Source: an uncultured Desulfosarcina sp. (GTDB lineage: Bacteria; Desulfobacterota; Desulfobacteria; Desulfobacterales; Desulfosarcinaceae). Taken from it: a stretch of DNA of 64,000 bases. The translations under genes were made by a program, and so were the position numbers. Within the stretch, counting starts at the first letter, position 1. Each line of letters opens with the position of its first letter. Shown here one piece after another: positions 9,881 through 20,684 of this stretch. The stretch spans positions 1,152,001 through 1,216,000 of the forward strand of contig CAXXWQ010000004.1 in NCBI GenBank assembly GCA_963674945.2. The letters are read 5' to 3'. The notes beneath the pieces were generated by a model. The model was given only the letters and a program-made list of their open reading frames with translations. It ran no database searches and was not told the origin of the DNA.

Positions 9881-11548
9881 ATGAGAAGTGACAAGGCAAA
9901 AAAAGGAGTCGAACGGGCGCCGCACCGGTCCCTTTTCAAGGCCATCGGATACACGGATGCGGAAATTCGAAGGCCGTTGATCGGCATCGCCAATGCAGTC
10001 AATACGGCCATTCCCGGCCATGTCCACCTGGACAGCATTGCACAGGCCGTAAAGGCGGGAATCTACATGGCCGGTGGAACACCGGTGGAGTTTGGCACCA
10101 TCGGGGTCTGCGATGGCATCGCAATGAACCATACGGGAATGAAATACTCTCTCGCCAGTCGAGAACTCATCGCCGACTCCGTCGAGGTCATGGCCACCGG
10201 ACACGCCCTGGACGCCATGGTGATGATCCCCAATTGCGACAAAATCGTTCCAGGCATGCTCATGGCTGCCGCCCGACTGGACCTGCCGACGATCTTCGTC
10301 AGTGGCGGCCCCATGCTGGCCGGCGAGCATCCGGAGAAACCGGGGTGTAAAATCGATCTGATTACCGTGTTCGAAGCGGTAGGCGCCGTGAAAGCAGGAA
10401 AAATGGGGGAGGAGAGCCTCGCCGCCATCGAAGACGCCGCCTGCCCCACTTGCGGTTCCTGTGCCGGCATGTTTACGGCCAACTCCATGAACTGTTTGAC
10501 CGAAGTGATCGGCATGGGACTTCCGGGAAACGGGACAATACCGGCCGTCTATTCCGCCCGCCTCCGCCTGGCCAAACAGGCCGGCATCCAGATCATGGAA
10601 CTGTGGGAAAGGCAGATCACAGCCAAAATGATCATGACCGCGAAAGCGTTTCACAACGCACTCACCGTGGACATGGCATTGGGCTGTTCAACCAACACGG
10701 CACTTCACCTGCCGGCCATCGCCGCCGAAGCCGGCGTCGAACTGGATTTACGCCGGATCAACGAGATCAGTGAGAAGACCCCCCACATCTGCTCTTTGAG
10801 CCCCGGTGGTGCCCATCACATCCAGGACCTGAATCGGGCCGGCGGCATTGGTGCGATCTTGAGAGTTCTTTCCGATGCCGGCTTGATCAACGACGATTGC
10901 ATGACCGCCACGGGAAAAACCGTTTCCGAAAACATCTTCGATGTCCGGATACTGGATTCCGAAGTAATCCGTCCCATGGATAATCCCTATCATGCCCAAG
11001 GCGGCCTGGCCGTTCTTTACGGGAATCTTGCACCGGACGGATGCGTCGTCAAGCAATCGGCCGTTTGCGATGAGATGATGCGCCATGAAGGACCGGCAAG
11101 GGTATTCGACACCGAAGAGGCGGCAACCGAGGCGATCATGGCCGGCAAAATCCAAAAGGGAGACGTGATCGTCGTACGCTATGAAGGCCCCAAAGGCGGT
11201 CCCGGCATGCGGGAAATGCTGACCCCCACATCGGCCATCGCCGGCATGGGATTGGATGCCCACGTGGCCCTGATTACCGATGGCCGTTTTTCCGGTGGAT
11301 CACGGGGGGCGGCCATCGGTCATGTCTCACCGGAAGCGGCCCAGGGAGGCCCCATCGCCATCGTCAACGAAGGGGACACCATCACCGTTGATATTCCCAA
11401 TAAGAAACTGACCCTCATGGTAGACGACGATGAGATCAACAGGCGCCTTGCCGTCTGGCAGGCACCGGAGCCGAAGATCCGACATGGCTACATAGCGCGG
11501 TATGCACGCCAGGTGTCGTCGGCCAGTCAAGGGGCGATCGTCAGATAG
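9881..11548 (+). CDS. ilvD: Dihydroxy-acid dehydratase
   Basis: [45 protein letters not shown]. Confidence 0.98.
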   Translation: MRSDKAKKGVERAPHRSLFKAIGYTDAEIRRPLIGIANAVNTAIPGHVHLDSIAQAVKAGIYMAGGTPVEFGTIGVCDGIAMNHTGMKYSLASRELIADSVEVMATGHALDAMVMIPNCDKIVPGMLMAAARLDLPTIFVSGGPMLAGEHPEKPGCKIDLITVFEAVGAVKAGKMGEESLAAIEDAACPTCGSCAGMFTANSMNCLTEVIGMGLPGNGTIPAVYSARLRLAKQAGIQIMELWERQITAKMIMTAKAFHNALTVDMALGCSTNTALHLPAIAAEAGVELDLRRINEISEKTPHICSLSPGGAHHIQDLNRAGGIGAILRVLSDAGLINDDCMTATGKTVSENIFDVRILDSEVIRPMDNPYHAQGGLAVLYGNLAPDGCVVKQSAVCDEMMRHEGPARVFDTEEAATEAIMAGKIQKGDVIVVRYEGPKGGPGMREMLTPTSAIAGMGLDAHVALITDGRFSGGSRGAAIGHVSPEAAQGGPIAIVNEGDTITVDIPNKKLTLMVDDDEINRRLAVWQAPEPKIRHGYIARYARQVSSASQGAIVR

Positions 11549-11616
11549 TGCTTATCTTAGAAATGGCGAATTCGACCGAATCATTTGAGGAGACAACAAG
11601 CAGGAGCGTAAGGGAA

Positions 11617-13302
11617 ATGAAACTCACCGGAGCAGAGGTTTTAATGGAAGTCCTGAAAGAGGAAAAGGTGGAAGCCGTCTTCGGATTTCCCGGTGGCATG
11701 ACCATCGATCTCCACGATAACATAGAAAAAACCGACATCCGGCATTACCTGGTCCGCCACGAACAGGGAGCTGTGCATGCGGCGGACGGGTACGCCCGGG
11801 TTTCCGGCAAGGTGGGCGTATGCATCGTCACTTCGGGTCCCGGCGCCACGAATGCCGTCACCGGAATCGCAACGGCGTACATGGACTCCATTCCCATGGT
11901 CATCATCACCGGACAGGTCCCCACCCACCTGATCGGAAACGACGCGTTCCAGGAGGTGGACATCGTCGGTATCACGCGGCCATGCACCAAACACAACTAC
12001 CTGGTGACCTCGGTCGACGAATTGCCGCGGATTCTAAAAGAGGCCTTTCACATTGCCCGGTCGGGCCGGCCCGGACCGGTCCTGGTGGACCTCCCCAAGA
12101 ACATCCAGCAGGCGACCACCAACTTCAAACCCAATCAGAAAGTGAAAATCAAATCATACAACCCCACCTATAAACCCAATGCCAAGCAGCTGGCAAAGGT
12201 AGTGGCGTTGATCAAGGCGGCCAAACGGCCCCTGATCTTCGCCGGCGGCGGCGTCATCCTCTCCAAAGCCGCGGCAGAGCTGACACGATTCGCCCACACG
12301 GCAAAGATTCCGGTGACCATGTCCCTCATGGGGCTGGGCGCCTTTCCCGGCTCCGACCCCCTCTCCCTGGGGATGCTGGGCATGCACGGCACCTATCGGG
12401 CCAACATGAGCACGGCGGCATGCGATCTGCTCATCGGCATCGGTGTACGATTCGACGACCGGGTCACCGGCAAGACCGATAGTTTTGCCGCCCGGGCCAA
12501 GATTGTCCATATGGACATCGACCCCACCTCCATCCGAAAAACGATTCCTGTGAGCATCCCGGTCGTGGGTGATTGCAAGAGTTGTCTATCGGTAATCAAC
12601 GACTTGTTGAAGAAAGAGGATATCGGCAAACTGACGGCCGACCGGAGGCCCTGGCTGGATCAGATCGACGAATGGAAGAAAAACTACAAACTGGCCTATG
12701 TCCAGGAGGAAGAGATCAAACCGCAGTTCGTCGTGGAAAAGCTCTATGAACTGACCAAAGGAGAGGCGATCATCACCACCGAAGTAGGGCAGAACCAGAT
12801 GTGGGCGGCCCAATATTACCATTTCGACCGCCCCGGACAGTTTGTCACCTCCGGGGGGCTGGGCACTATGGGATTCGGACTTCCCGCAGCCATCGGCGCC
12901 CAGGTCGCCTTCCCCGATGAGACGGTGGTGGATGTGGCCGGAGACGGCAGCATCCAGATGAACATCCAGGAGATGGCCACGGCCATGCAGTACCGGCTTC
13001 CCGTCAAGATAGTCATCCTGAACAACTGTTATCTGGGTATGGTTCGGCAATGGCAGGAGCTTTTTTACGACAGACGCTATGCCTGCACATGCATGGATCA
13101 TGCGCCGGATTTCGTGAAACTGGCAGAGGCCTTTGGTGCCGTCGGCCTTCGGGCCACCCGACCCGACGAAGTGGAGTCGGTTCTAAAAAAGGGTCTCGAG
13201 ACGGAAGGACCGGTCATCATGGATTTCAGAGTGTCCAAGGAAGAGTGTGTTTATCCCATGGTGCCGGCGGGAGCTCCCATAACGGAAATGCTCCTGGCGT
13301 AA
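11617..13302 (+). CDS. ilvB: Acetolactate synthase large subunit
   Basis: RHEQGA, TSGPGATN, RFDDRVTG, GDGSIQMN TPP motif, GMVRQWQ. Confidence 0.97.
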   Translation: MKLTGAEVLMEVLKEEKVEAVFGFPGGMTIDLHDNIEKTDIRHYLVRHEQGAVHAADGYARVSGKVGVCIVTSGPGATNAVTGIATAYMDSIPMVIITGQVPTHLIGNDAFQEVDIVGITRPCTKHNYLVTSVDELPRILKEAFHIARSGRPGPVLVDLPKNIQQATTNFKPNQKVKIKSYNPTYKPNAKQLAKVVALIKAAKRPLIFAGGGVILSKAAAELTRFAHTAKIPVTMSLMGLGAFPGSDPLSLGMLGMHGTYRANMSTAACDLLIGIGVRFDDRVTGKTDSFAARAKIVHMDIDPTSIRKTIPVSIPVVGDCKSCLSVINDLLKKEDIGKLTADRRPWLDQIDEWKKNYKLAYVQEEEIKPQFVVEKLYELTKGEAIITTEVGQNQMWAAQYYHFDRPGQFVTSGGLGTMGFGLPAAIGAQVAFPDETVVDVAGDGSIQMNIQEMATAMQYRLPVKIVILNNCYLGMVRQWQELFYDRRYACTCMDHAPDFVKLAEAFGAVGLRATRPDEVESVLKKGLETEGPVIMDFRVSKEECVYPMVPAGAPITEMLLA

Positions 13303-13367
13303 GGAAAACGACCGGGTCTGGAGAACCAGATTTTCTGGCCTGTTGAATGTAAATGGGGATACATCGT

Positions 13368-13856
13368 ATGAACGAAGAGAAGCACATATTGACCATGTTG
13401 GTGGACAACGAACCCGGCGTGCTCTCCCGGATCGTCGGATTGTTCAGCGGCCGCGGCTTTAATATCGAGAGTCTTTGTGTCGCCGAAACCATCGATCCCA
13501 AGGTTTCCCGCATCACCATCGTCACCAAGGCAAACGAACCATTGGTCGAACAGATCGAAAAACAGCTTCGTAAGCTCATCAACATCATCAAACTGAGGGA
13601 CCTGACCGGCTCCAAATCGGTCCAGCGGGAGATGGCCTTGATCTGCGTGCGGGCCCAACCGGAGGATAAAGACGAAATTCTTCGTATCGTCGACATCTTC
13701 CGATGCAAGATCGTCGATGTGAGCACCGAGTACTACATCATCGAGGCCACCGGCACAGAGGGCAAGATGGAGGCCTTGGTCAACCTGCTCAAACCCATGG
13801 GGATCAAAAAAATCGCCCGTACGGGAACCATTGCCCTGTTTCGGGAACCCACATGA
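13368..13856 (+). CDS. ilvN: Acetolactate synthase small (regulatory) subunit
   Basis: NEPGVLSRIVGLFSGRGFNIESL ACT domain; ARTG C-terminal motif. Confidence 0.97.
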   Translation: MNEEKHILTMLVDNEPGVLSRIVGLFSGRGFNIESLCVAETIDPKVSRITIVTKANEPLVEQIEKQLRKLINIIKLRDLTGSKSVQREMALICVRAQPEDKDEILRIVDIFRCKIVDVSTEYYIIEATGTEGKMEALVNLLKPMGIKKIARTGTIALFREPT

Positions 13857-14003
13857 TCTGCGGCGGCATGCTATCGGGGCACGCCGCAAAGATCCATTTA
13901 CCCATTTCCGGAGGGTTCACAAAAAGACACCTCACGGAAGCAAAGGATTGGCGACAAATAGGCGTTACCAATTCCCAAATACCATATTCGTAAGGAGTAC
14001 CAG

Positions 14004-15056
14004 ATGGCACAAATCGATTTTGGCGGAACGTTGGAAGAAGTAGTCACGTCCGAAGAATTCACCCTCGAAAAGGCGCGCGAGGTGTTGAAGAACGAAACGG
14101 TCGCCGTGATCGGCTATGGCGTCCAGGGCCCCGGCCAGGCGCTGAACATGCGCGATAATGGCATTTCCGTAATCATCGGCCAACGGGAGGGTACCGGTTC
14201 CTGGGAGAAGGCCGTCGCAGACGGTTTCGTCCCCGGCGAGACCCTGTTGCCCATCGAAGAGGCCGCCAAGAAAGCCACCGTGATACAATATCTGCTTTCC
14301 GACGCCGGCCAGGTGGCCATGTGGCCCACGATCAAAGAATGCCTCAACGAAGGGGACGCATTGTACTTTTCCCACGGCTTCGGCATCGTCTACCGGGATC
14401 AGACCGGCATCGTTCCGCCGGAAAATGTGGATGTGATCCTGGCCGCCCCCAAGGGCTCGGGGACGACGGTCCGCACCAACTTTTTGGACGGCAGCGGCAT
14501 CAACTCCAGTTTCGCCATTCATCAGGACTTCACCGGAAAGGCCCGGGAGCGCACCCTGGCCCTGGGTATCGCCATCGGTTCCGGATACCTCTTTCCCACC
14601 ACTTTCGAAAACGAGGTCTACAGCGATCTGACCGGCGAGCGCGGTGTCCTCATGGGATGTCTGGCCGGTGTCATGGAGGCCCAGTACGATGTGCTCCGCA
14701 AAAACGGCCACAGCCCCAGCGAGGCCTTCAATGAAACCGTGGAAGAACTGACCCAGAGTCTGATTCGGCTGGTGGCCCAAAACGGCATGGACTGGATGTA
14801 CGCCAACTGTAGCACCACGGCCCAGCGCGGTGCCCTGGACTGGGCACCGCGTTTTAAGAAGGCCGTGGAACCGGTCTTCGAACGGCTCTACAACAGTGTC
14901 ACATCCGGCGAAGAGACCCGACGAACCTTGGATTGCAACAGCGCCCCCGATTACCGTGAGCGCCTCAATGAGGAATTGAAAGTGATCCACGATTCGGAAA
15001 TGTGGCGCGCCGGTGCCGCCGTTCGGTCTTTACGGCCGGAGAACCGACGCAAGTAA
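14004..15056 (+). CDS. ilvC: Ketol-acid reductoisomerase
   Basis: IGYGVQG Rossmann motif, FSHGF, APKGSG, EVYSDLTGERGVLMG, CSTTAQRG. Confidence 0.96.
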   Translation: MAQIDFGGTLEEVVTSEEFTLEKAREVLKNETVAVIGYGVQGPGQALNMRDNGISVIIGQREGTGSWEKAVADGFVPGETLLPIEEAAKKATVIQYLLSDAGQVAMWPTIKECLNEGDALYFSHGFGIVYRDQTGIVPPENVDVILAAPKGSGTTVRTNFLDGSGINSSFAIHQDFTGKARERTLALGIAIGSGYLFPTTFENEVYSDLTGERGVLMGCLAGVMEAQYDVLRKNGHSPSEAFNETVEELTQSLIRLVAQNGMDWMYANCSTTAQRGALDWAPRFKKAVEPVFERLYNSVTSGEETRRTLDCNSAPDYRERLNEELKVIHDSEMWRAGAAVRSLRPENRRK

Positions 15057-15152
15057 TGGAACCATCGTCGAGCATTTTCCCTGCCCCCAAAAGGGGAAAT
15101 GCTCGGCGTATTGATCAGGCCCAGACACCCATCGACGTGTCAGGAGAATAAC

Positions 15153-16784
15153 ATGGATCCCATCTTCATCTACGATACAACCTTGAGAGACGGTACCCAG
15201 GGTGAAAACACCAACTTCACGGCCGATGAAAAAATAAGGATCGCCAAGCGGTTGGATGAGATGGGCATCCATTATATCGAAGGCGGATGGCCCGGTTCCA
15301 ATCCGCGGGACATGCGATTTTTCGATCTGGCCAGACAGGAACGTTTCTCTTTCGCAAAAATCACGGCATTCGGTTCCACCCGAAAACCCGGCATCGATGC
15401 GGCCGATGATCCGAACCTCAACGCCATCATCGAAAGCGAAACGCCCGTTGCGGCCATTTTCGGTAAAAGCTGGCCGCTGCACGTCCAGGAAGTCATGGGC
15501 AACACCCTGGAAGAGAACCTGGCCATGATCGAAGAGAGTGTCGCTTTTCTCAAGGAGAACGGCCGGGAGGTGATCTACGATGCGGAGCATTTCTTCGACG
15601 GGTACAAAGACGCCCCGGATTATGCCGTAAAGACGCTGGCGGCGGCCTGGCGTGCCGGCGCCGATTTTCTTGTGCTTTGCGATACCAATGGCGGCAGCCT
15701 GCCCCGGGAGGTGCAGGCGATCATGACAGCGGTATCCAAGAACCTGGCGAAGCAGTTCGGCGAAGGTCGCAACATCGCCTTGGGCATTCACACCCACAAC
15801 GACAGCGGCATGGCCGCGGCCAATACCATTACCGCCGTCGATTGCGGCGCCACCATGATCCACGGTACCATCAACGGATACGGTGAACGTTGCGGAAACG
15901 CGGACCTGACCACCATCATCCCCATCTTGCTGACCAAGATGGACCGGGTATGCATTCCCAAGGATCGGCTGGGCGGCTTGAAAAACCTCTCCCGGTTCGT
16001 GAGCGAAATGGCCAATCTCGTTCCCATCAATTCAAGGCCCTTCGTGGGAAAAAGTGCGTTCGCCCACAAGGGAGGCATCCATGTGAGTGCCATCATGAAA
16101 CAGCCACGGGCCTACGAACATATAGACCCGGAGGTGGTGGGCAACAAGCGGCGCGTACTCATGTCCGATCTGGCCGGCAAGAGCAACGTGGAGTACAAGG
16201 CAAAGGAGATGGGGGTGGATCTTTGCGCCAACGGCTGCGACAGCAAGGCCATCGTAGCCGCCATTAAACAGATGGAGGACGAAGGCTACCAGTTCGACGT
16301 GGCCGACGGTTCCTTTAAAATCATGCTGGAAAAATTTACCGATCAGTTCACCCCCCTGTTCGATCTCGAATCCTTTCGGGTCACCATCGAAAAGGACAAG
16401 GACTATCCCTGCTCGGCGCATGCCACCATAAAAATCTCGGTGGGCGACAGCCACGAGATTACTGCCGCCGAAGGCCTCGGTCCGGTGAGCGCACTGGACA
16501 ACGCCCTTCGCAAGGCGCTTGGCAATTTCTTCCCGGATTTGGACACCATGCGCCTGGTGGACTTCAAGGTTCGCGTCGTAGACGGGCGTGACGGCACGGG
16601 CGCCAAGGTCCGGGTGTTCATCGAGTCCCGGGATCAGGACCACATCTGGAGTACCATCGGCGTATCGGAAGATATCATCGAGGCCAGTTGGCAGGCCCTT
16701 GCGGACAGTTTCCAATACAAGCTGGCGAAGGAAGCCGGTCAAAAAGGCGGCTCGGAGTCCAAGGACAAGGTAACCGTGGCCTGA
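15153..16784 (+). CDS. cimA: Citramalate synthase (LeuA family)
   Basis: YDTTLRDGTQGE, GGWPGSNP, DAEHFFDG, HTHND, AHKGGIH; C-terminal regulatory domain. Confidence 0.92.
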   Translation: MDPIFIYDTTLRDGTQGENTNFTADEKIRIAKRLDEMGIHYIEGGWPGSNPRDMRFFDLARQERFSFAKITAFGSTRKPGIDAADDPNLNAIIESETPVAAIFGKSWPLHVQEVMGNTLEENLAMIEESVAFLKENGREVIYDAEHFFDGYKDAPDYAVKTLAAAWRAGADFLVLCDTNGGSLPREVQAIMTAVSKNLAKQFGEGRNIALGIHTHNDSGMAAANTITAVDCGATMIHGTINGYGERCGNADLTTIIPILLTKMDRVCIPKDRLGGLKNLSRFVSEMANLVPINSRPFVGKSAFAHKGGIHVSAIMKQPRAYEHIDPEVVGNKRRVLMSDLAGKSNVEYKAKEMGVDLCANGCDSKAIVAAIKQMEDEGYQFDVADGSFKIMLEKFTDQFTPLFDLESFRVTIEKDKDYPCSAHATIKISVGDSHEITAAEGLGPVSALDNALRKALGNFFPDLDTMRLVDFKVRVVDGRDGTGAKVRVFIESRDQDHIWSTIGVSEDIIEASWQALADSFQYKLAKEAGQKGGSESKDKVTVA

Positions 16785-16832
16785 ACGGCCCTACCCGGCC
16801 ACAGCTGGTTATGACCTGGAAACAGCTTTGAC

Positions 16833-16977
16833 TATTGGCCTTCCAGAAATAGGAAGATTTGGTCGAGATCGAGGCGCACCAAAAATTATACCGGAGGTAT
16901 ATGGTTGATTTTTCGAGGATAAAATTTTTCGCGCAACGAGGATATCGGGCAAATTGGCCATTTCTGGAGGGTCTAAC
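16833..16977. repeat. MITE-like dispersed repeat, family A, copy 2 (inverted relative to copy 1)
   Basis: Reverse complement matches 8123-8267, e.g. GTGCGCCTCGATCTCGACCAAAT is identical. Confidence 0.85.
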
Positions 16978-17259
16978 TAACCGATCATGATGTGAGGAAA
17001 AGAACACCATGGACATTACAAAGGAAGGTATCAACGCCGCGGGAACTGTCATCGTCACCCTCCCGCGGCCCATGCTCGTCATTGCCCCGGCGTCTCTTTC
17101 ACCGGAAATGAAATGCAAAACAGATTGAAAGAGTATGCTACGAATCTCTTGTACTGCCCCTTGGTTCACTTTTTCGTCATCCGAAAGAGTGTGCCACCGG
17201 GACGACAAAATGCCGTTCGCGGTGTTTTCCATGGATTAGACACATAAAGGAGATACTCA

Positions 17260-18798
17260 ATGACAGACCGTGTGAAAATATTTGATACCACTTTGAGAGA
17301 CGGCGAGCAGAGCCCCGGTGCCAGCATGAATACCAATGAAAAATTGCGGCTGGCCGTACAGTTGGAGAGGCTGGGCGTGGATATCATCGAGGCGGGCTTT
17401 CCCGCCGCCTCGGAAGGCGATTTCGAAGCGGTCTCCCAGATTTCCGGACGGCTTAAAAAGACCGAAATCGCGGGCCTGGCACGAACCAGCAAGGGAGACA
17501 TCGACCAGGCCTGGGGAGCGATCCAGCACGCGGTCAAACCCCGCATTCATACATTCATCGCCACGTCGGACATCCACCTGGAACATAAACTGAGAATGTC
17601 CAGGGACGAGGTGGTCCAGGCGGCCGTAGACGCCGTTCGTTACGCAAAACGTTTCACCGACAACGTCGAATTTTCCGCCGAAGATGGCTCCCGCAGTGAT
17701 CGGGATTTTCTGTGCAAGGTATTTGGCGCGGCCATCGAAGCCGGCGCAATCACGGTCAACCTGCCCGATACGGTGGGCTATGCCGTTCCCGAGGAGTTCG
17801 CCGAACTGATTCGGTACGTAATGGAAAACACGCCGAACATGCACAAGGCCACCTTGAGCATCCATTGCCACAACGATCTGGGGTTGGCTACGGCCAATAC
17901 CCTCGCCGCCCTCAAGGCCGGTGCCAGGCAAGCCGAGGTGACGATCAACGGCATCGGTGAGCGGGCGGGAAACACATCTTTGGAAGAGGTGGTCATGTCC
18001 CTGAACACCCGCCACAACCTCATGCCCTTTGAAACGGGAATCAGGACGGAGCATATCTATCCCACCAGCCGCCTGGTGAGCATGATCACCGGTATCATGG
18101 TACAACCCAACAAGGCCGTCGTCGGGGCCAATGCATTCGCCCACGAAGCCGGTATTCATCAGGATGGTGTACTGAAAAACGCCATGACCTACGAGATCAT
18201 GAAGCCGGAAGACATCGGATTGAGCACGAACCAACTGGTCCTGGGCAAACATTCCGGCCGCCATGCCCTTTATGAACATTTAAAAGGCTTGGGATACGAT
18301 TTGTCCGACGAGGAACTGAAGGTCGTCTTCAAACAGTTCAAGGCATTGGCCGACAAAAAGAAACACGTCATGGACGAGGACCTGGAAGCCCTGGTGACCG
18401 AACGGGTGCTGCGGTCCAGTGAAGTCTTTTCCCTGGAATACCTGCACGTCACCTGCGGTACAACGGTCATGCCCATGGCCAGCGTCAAGCTTTCCATCAA
18501 TGGTCGGACCGTGCAGGGTGCCAACTACGGTAACGGACCCATCGACGCCGCATTCAACACCATCGCCCAACTGACCAATGCCACCGCCGAGCTATTGCGG
18601 TTCACCGTCAGCGCCCTGACCGGCGGCACCGACGCCCAGGGAGAAGTTACCGTGCGACTGCGGGAAAATGGGTTGGTGTCCTTGGGGCGCGGCTCCGATC
18701 CGGACATCATCACGGCCAGTGCCAAGGCCTACATCAACGGTTTGAACCGGTTGGAATATTTGAAGGCGCATCCGGTGAAAGCGTCACAAACGCTATAG
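17260..18798 (+). CDS. leuA: 2-isopropylmalate synthase
   Basis: FDTTLRDGEQSPG, HCHNDLG, GIGERAGN, HEAGIHQDG, GKHSGRH. Confidence 0.97.
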   Translation: MTDRVKIFDTTLRDGEQSPGASMNTNEKLRLAVQLERLGVDIIEAGFPAASEGDFEAVSQISGRLKKTEIAGLARTSKGDIDQAWGAIQHAVKPRIHTFIATSDIHLEHKLRMSRDEVVQAAVDAVRYAKRFTDNVEFSAEDGSRSDRDFLCKVFGAAIEAGAITVNLPDTVGYAVPEEFAELIRYVMENTPNMHKATLSIHCHNDLGLATANTLAALKAGARQAEVTINGIGERAGNTSLEEVVMSLNTRHNLMPFETGIRTEHIYPTSRLVSMITGIMVQPNKAVVGANAFAHEAGIHQDGVLKNAMTYEIMKPEDIGLSTNQLVLGKHSGRHALYEHLKGLGYDLSDEELKVVFKQFKALADKKKHVMDEDLEALVTERVLRSSEVFSLEYLHVTCGTTVMPMASVKLSINGRTVQGANYGNGPIDAAFNTIAQLTNATAELLRFTVSALTGGTDAQGEVTVRLRENGLVSLGRGSDPDIITASAKAYINGLNRLEYLKAHPVKASQTL

Positions 18799-18827
18799 GT
18801 GCCTATCCAGAAATGGCCAGCATATAG

Positions 18828-18864
18828 AAAAGGCGGAGACCGGTTTTCGGTCTCCGCCTTTTTT
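18828..18864. terminator. Bidirectional intrinsic terminator
   Basis: AAAAGGCGGAGACCG-loop-CGGTCTCCGCCTTTT between the convergent leuA and 18895-19476 genes. Confidence 0.9.
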
Positions 18865-18894
18865 ATCATTGGCGATTTCTGGAGGGGAACAGGC

Positions 18895-19476
18895 TTAAAG
18901 CCCCAATAACCCTGACCGTATTTTATCGTCCGCCTTCTCTCCGACGTTGTACCGATAGTACATCCGGGCGAAGGTGCTTCCCGGGATGGTGCCCCTCACT
19001 TCTCCCTGATAGGTAAGGGTCAGACCCTTGCCGGGAATATAGAGGGACTCGGAGGTGAACCCCGGTTTCATGTCCTTGTCCAGCCAGGATGCATATTTTT
19101 CGATATCTTCCCGGTTGGCGGCCACCAGACTTTCAGGATTCCCCTCTTCCATCAGTTCGATAAATCCTTCGCGGATTTTTTTGGCCGTTGCCTTGCTTGT
19201 CAGATAATGGGTAAGCATATATTTGACCTGCTCGGATTCGATGACCTCTTTCGGGTCTTTGGACGGATGTTCCAGATAGAGGCCGACGACATACACCTTC
19301 ACGAATCCCAATTTCTTCAGGTAGGCCACACCGTTAAGCTTCAGTGTTTTTCCCTCGATCACACGCTCGGTGGGGAATTTTACCCCTAATATCTCGACAT
19401 CTTCGGCTAAGGCCGCTGCAGCAACAACGAGAAGTATCCCGAACACAAGAGTGAATCCCAACCATTTGTTATTCAT
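18895..19476 (-). CDS. Chalcone-isomerase-like periplasmic protein
   Basis: Signal peptide; GVKFP...LKLNGVA...VKVYVVGLYL; ends ...GLLG, typical of the bacterial CHI-fold family. Confidence 0.8.
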   Translation of the reverse strand: MNNKWLGFTLVFGILLVVAAAALAEDVEILGVKFPTERVIEGKTLKLNGVAYLKKLGFVKVYVVGLYLEHPSKDPKEVIESEQVKYMLTHYLTSKATAKKIREGFIELMEEGNPESLVAANREDIEKYASWLDKDMKPGFTSESLYIPGKGLTLTYQGEVRGTIPGSTFARMYYRYNVGEKADDKIRSGLLGL

Positions 19477-19490
19477 CTTCCCTCCTTTTG

Positions 19491-20414
19491 TTAATCATCC
19501 GTGATGAATGTCCCAATCAACTGTTTTATATCCGAAAGCCCCTCTTGCGCCAGCCAGTTTATCATTCCGTCGAGAATCTTTATGGTGGCACTGGGATCCA
19601 CGAAATTGGCAGTTCCCACCTGGACGGCCGTTGCTCCCACCATGAGAAATTCCAGGGCGTCGGTGGCATTCATGATCCCGCCGACACCGATGACGGGGAT
19701 CTTGACAGCCCGGGCGGTCTGCCACACCATGCGCAGGGCAATGGGTTTGATGGCCGGTCCCGACAGGCCTCCGGTGATGTTGGCCAGTTTGGGACGGCGG
19801 GTGGCAAGATCCACAGCCATGCCGGTAATGGTGTTGATTACCGACAGGGCATCCGCTCCGGCATCCTGGGCCACCTTGGCCATCTGCACGATGTCGGTGA
19901 CATTGGGGGACAATTTGACCATCAGATGTTTGGTGGTTTTCTCCCGAACGCGTTTCACCACCTCCCGGGCGAGTTTGGGGTCCGATCCGAATGCCACCCC
20001 CCCTTCTTTTACGTTGGGACAGGAGATGTTCACCTCCAACCCCTTGACGGCAGCCATTGACTCCATGTGTTCGGCCAACTGCGCATATTCATCGACGGTC
20101 TTGCCATAAAGATTGGCGATGGTCGGTGGTGTCAGTCCCTCCAGGAAAGGAAGTTTCTCCCTGGCAAAGGCATCGACCCCCACATTTTCCAGGCCGATGG
20201 CATTTAGCATACCGCATTGGGTTTCCACGATGCGTGGAGGTGGATTCCCCTTGGATGGCTGCAATGAAAGTCCCTTGACGATGATGGCACCCAGACGGTT
20301 CAGATCCATGTACCGGTCGAATTCCCGTGCGTATCCAAACGTTCCGGAGGCGGTCATGATGGGATTTTGAAGTGAAAGCCCGCCGATGTCGACGGTCAGA
20401 TCGGGTATTGTCAT
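19491..20414 (-). CDS. pyrD: Dihydroorotate dehydrogenase family 1, catalytic subunit
   Basis: ASGTFG, NAIGLEN, NISCPNV, KLSPN, GGLSG, QVGTA. Confidence 0.96.
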   Translation of the reverse strand: MTIPDLTVDIGGLSLQNPIMTASGTFGYAREFDRYMDLNRLGAIIVKGLSLQPSKGNPPPRIVETQCGMLNAIGLENVGVDAFAREKLPFLEGLTPPTIANLYGKTVDEYAQLAEHMESMAAVKGLEVNISCPNVKEGGVAFGSDPKLAREVVKRVREKTTKHLMVKLSPNVTDIVQMAKVAQDAGADALSVINTITGMAVDLATRRPKLANITGGLSGPAIKPIALRMVWQTARAVKIPVIGVGGIMNATDALEFLMVGATAVQVGTANFVDPSATIKILDGMINWLAQEGLSDIKQLIGTFITDD

Positions 20415-20684
20415 CGAATGTCACCTGAATTGAACGATTAGCGATTAGCAGAATCACTTCAAACAATTACCGATAAACGCGTAACAGCGAAAAGCTAATC
20501 GCTTATATTAGATTTCACTATAGTGGAGCCGTTTTGTTTGATCAAGGCGGAGTTTTCGGATAGAGTCGATAAGACCTGGGTATTTCGCATCGGATTGTGG
20601 TCCGTACTTCTTAGTTACTGGAATCGTCTCGCGCTTTTGTTTCTTCCGAAACTGTCGATAATGACTCGAAAGGAAACGGACGAA

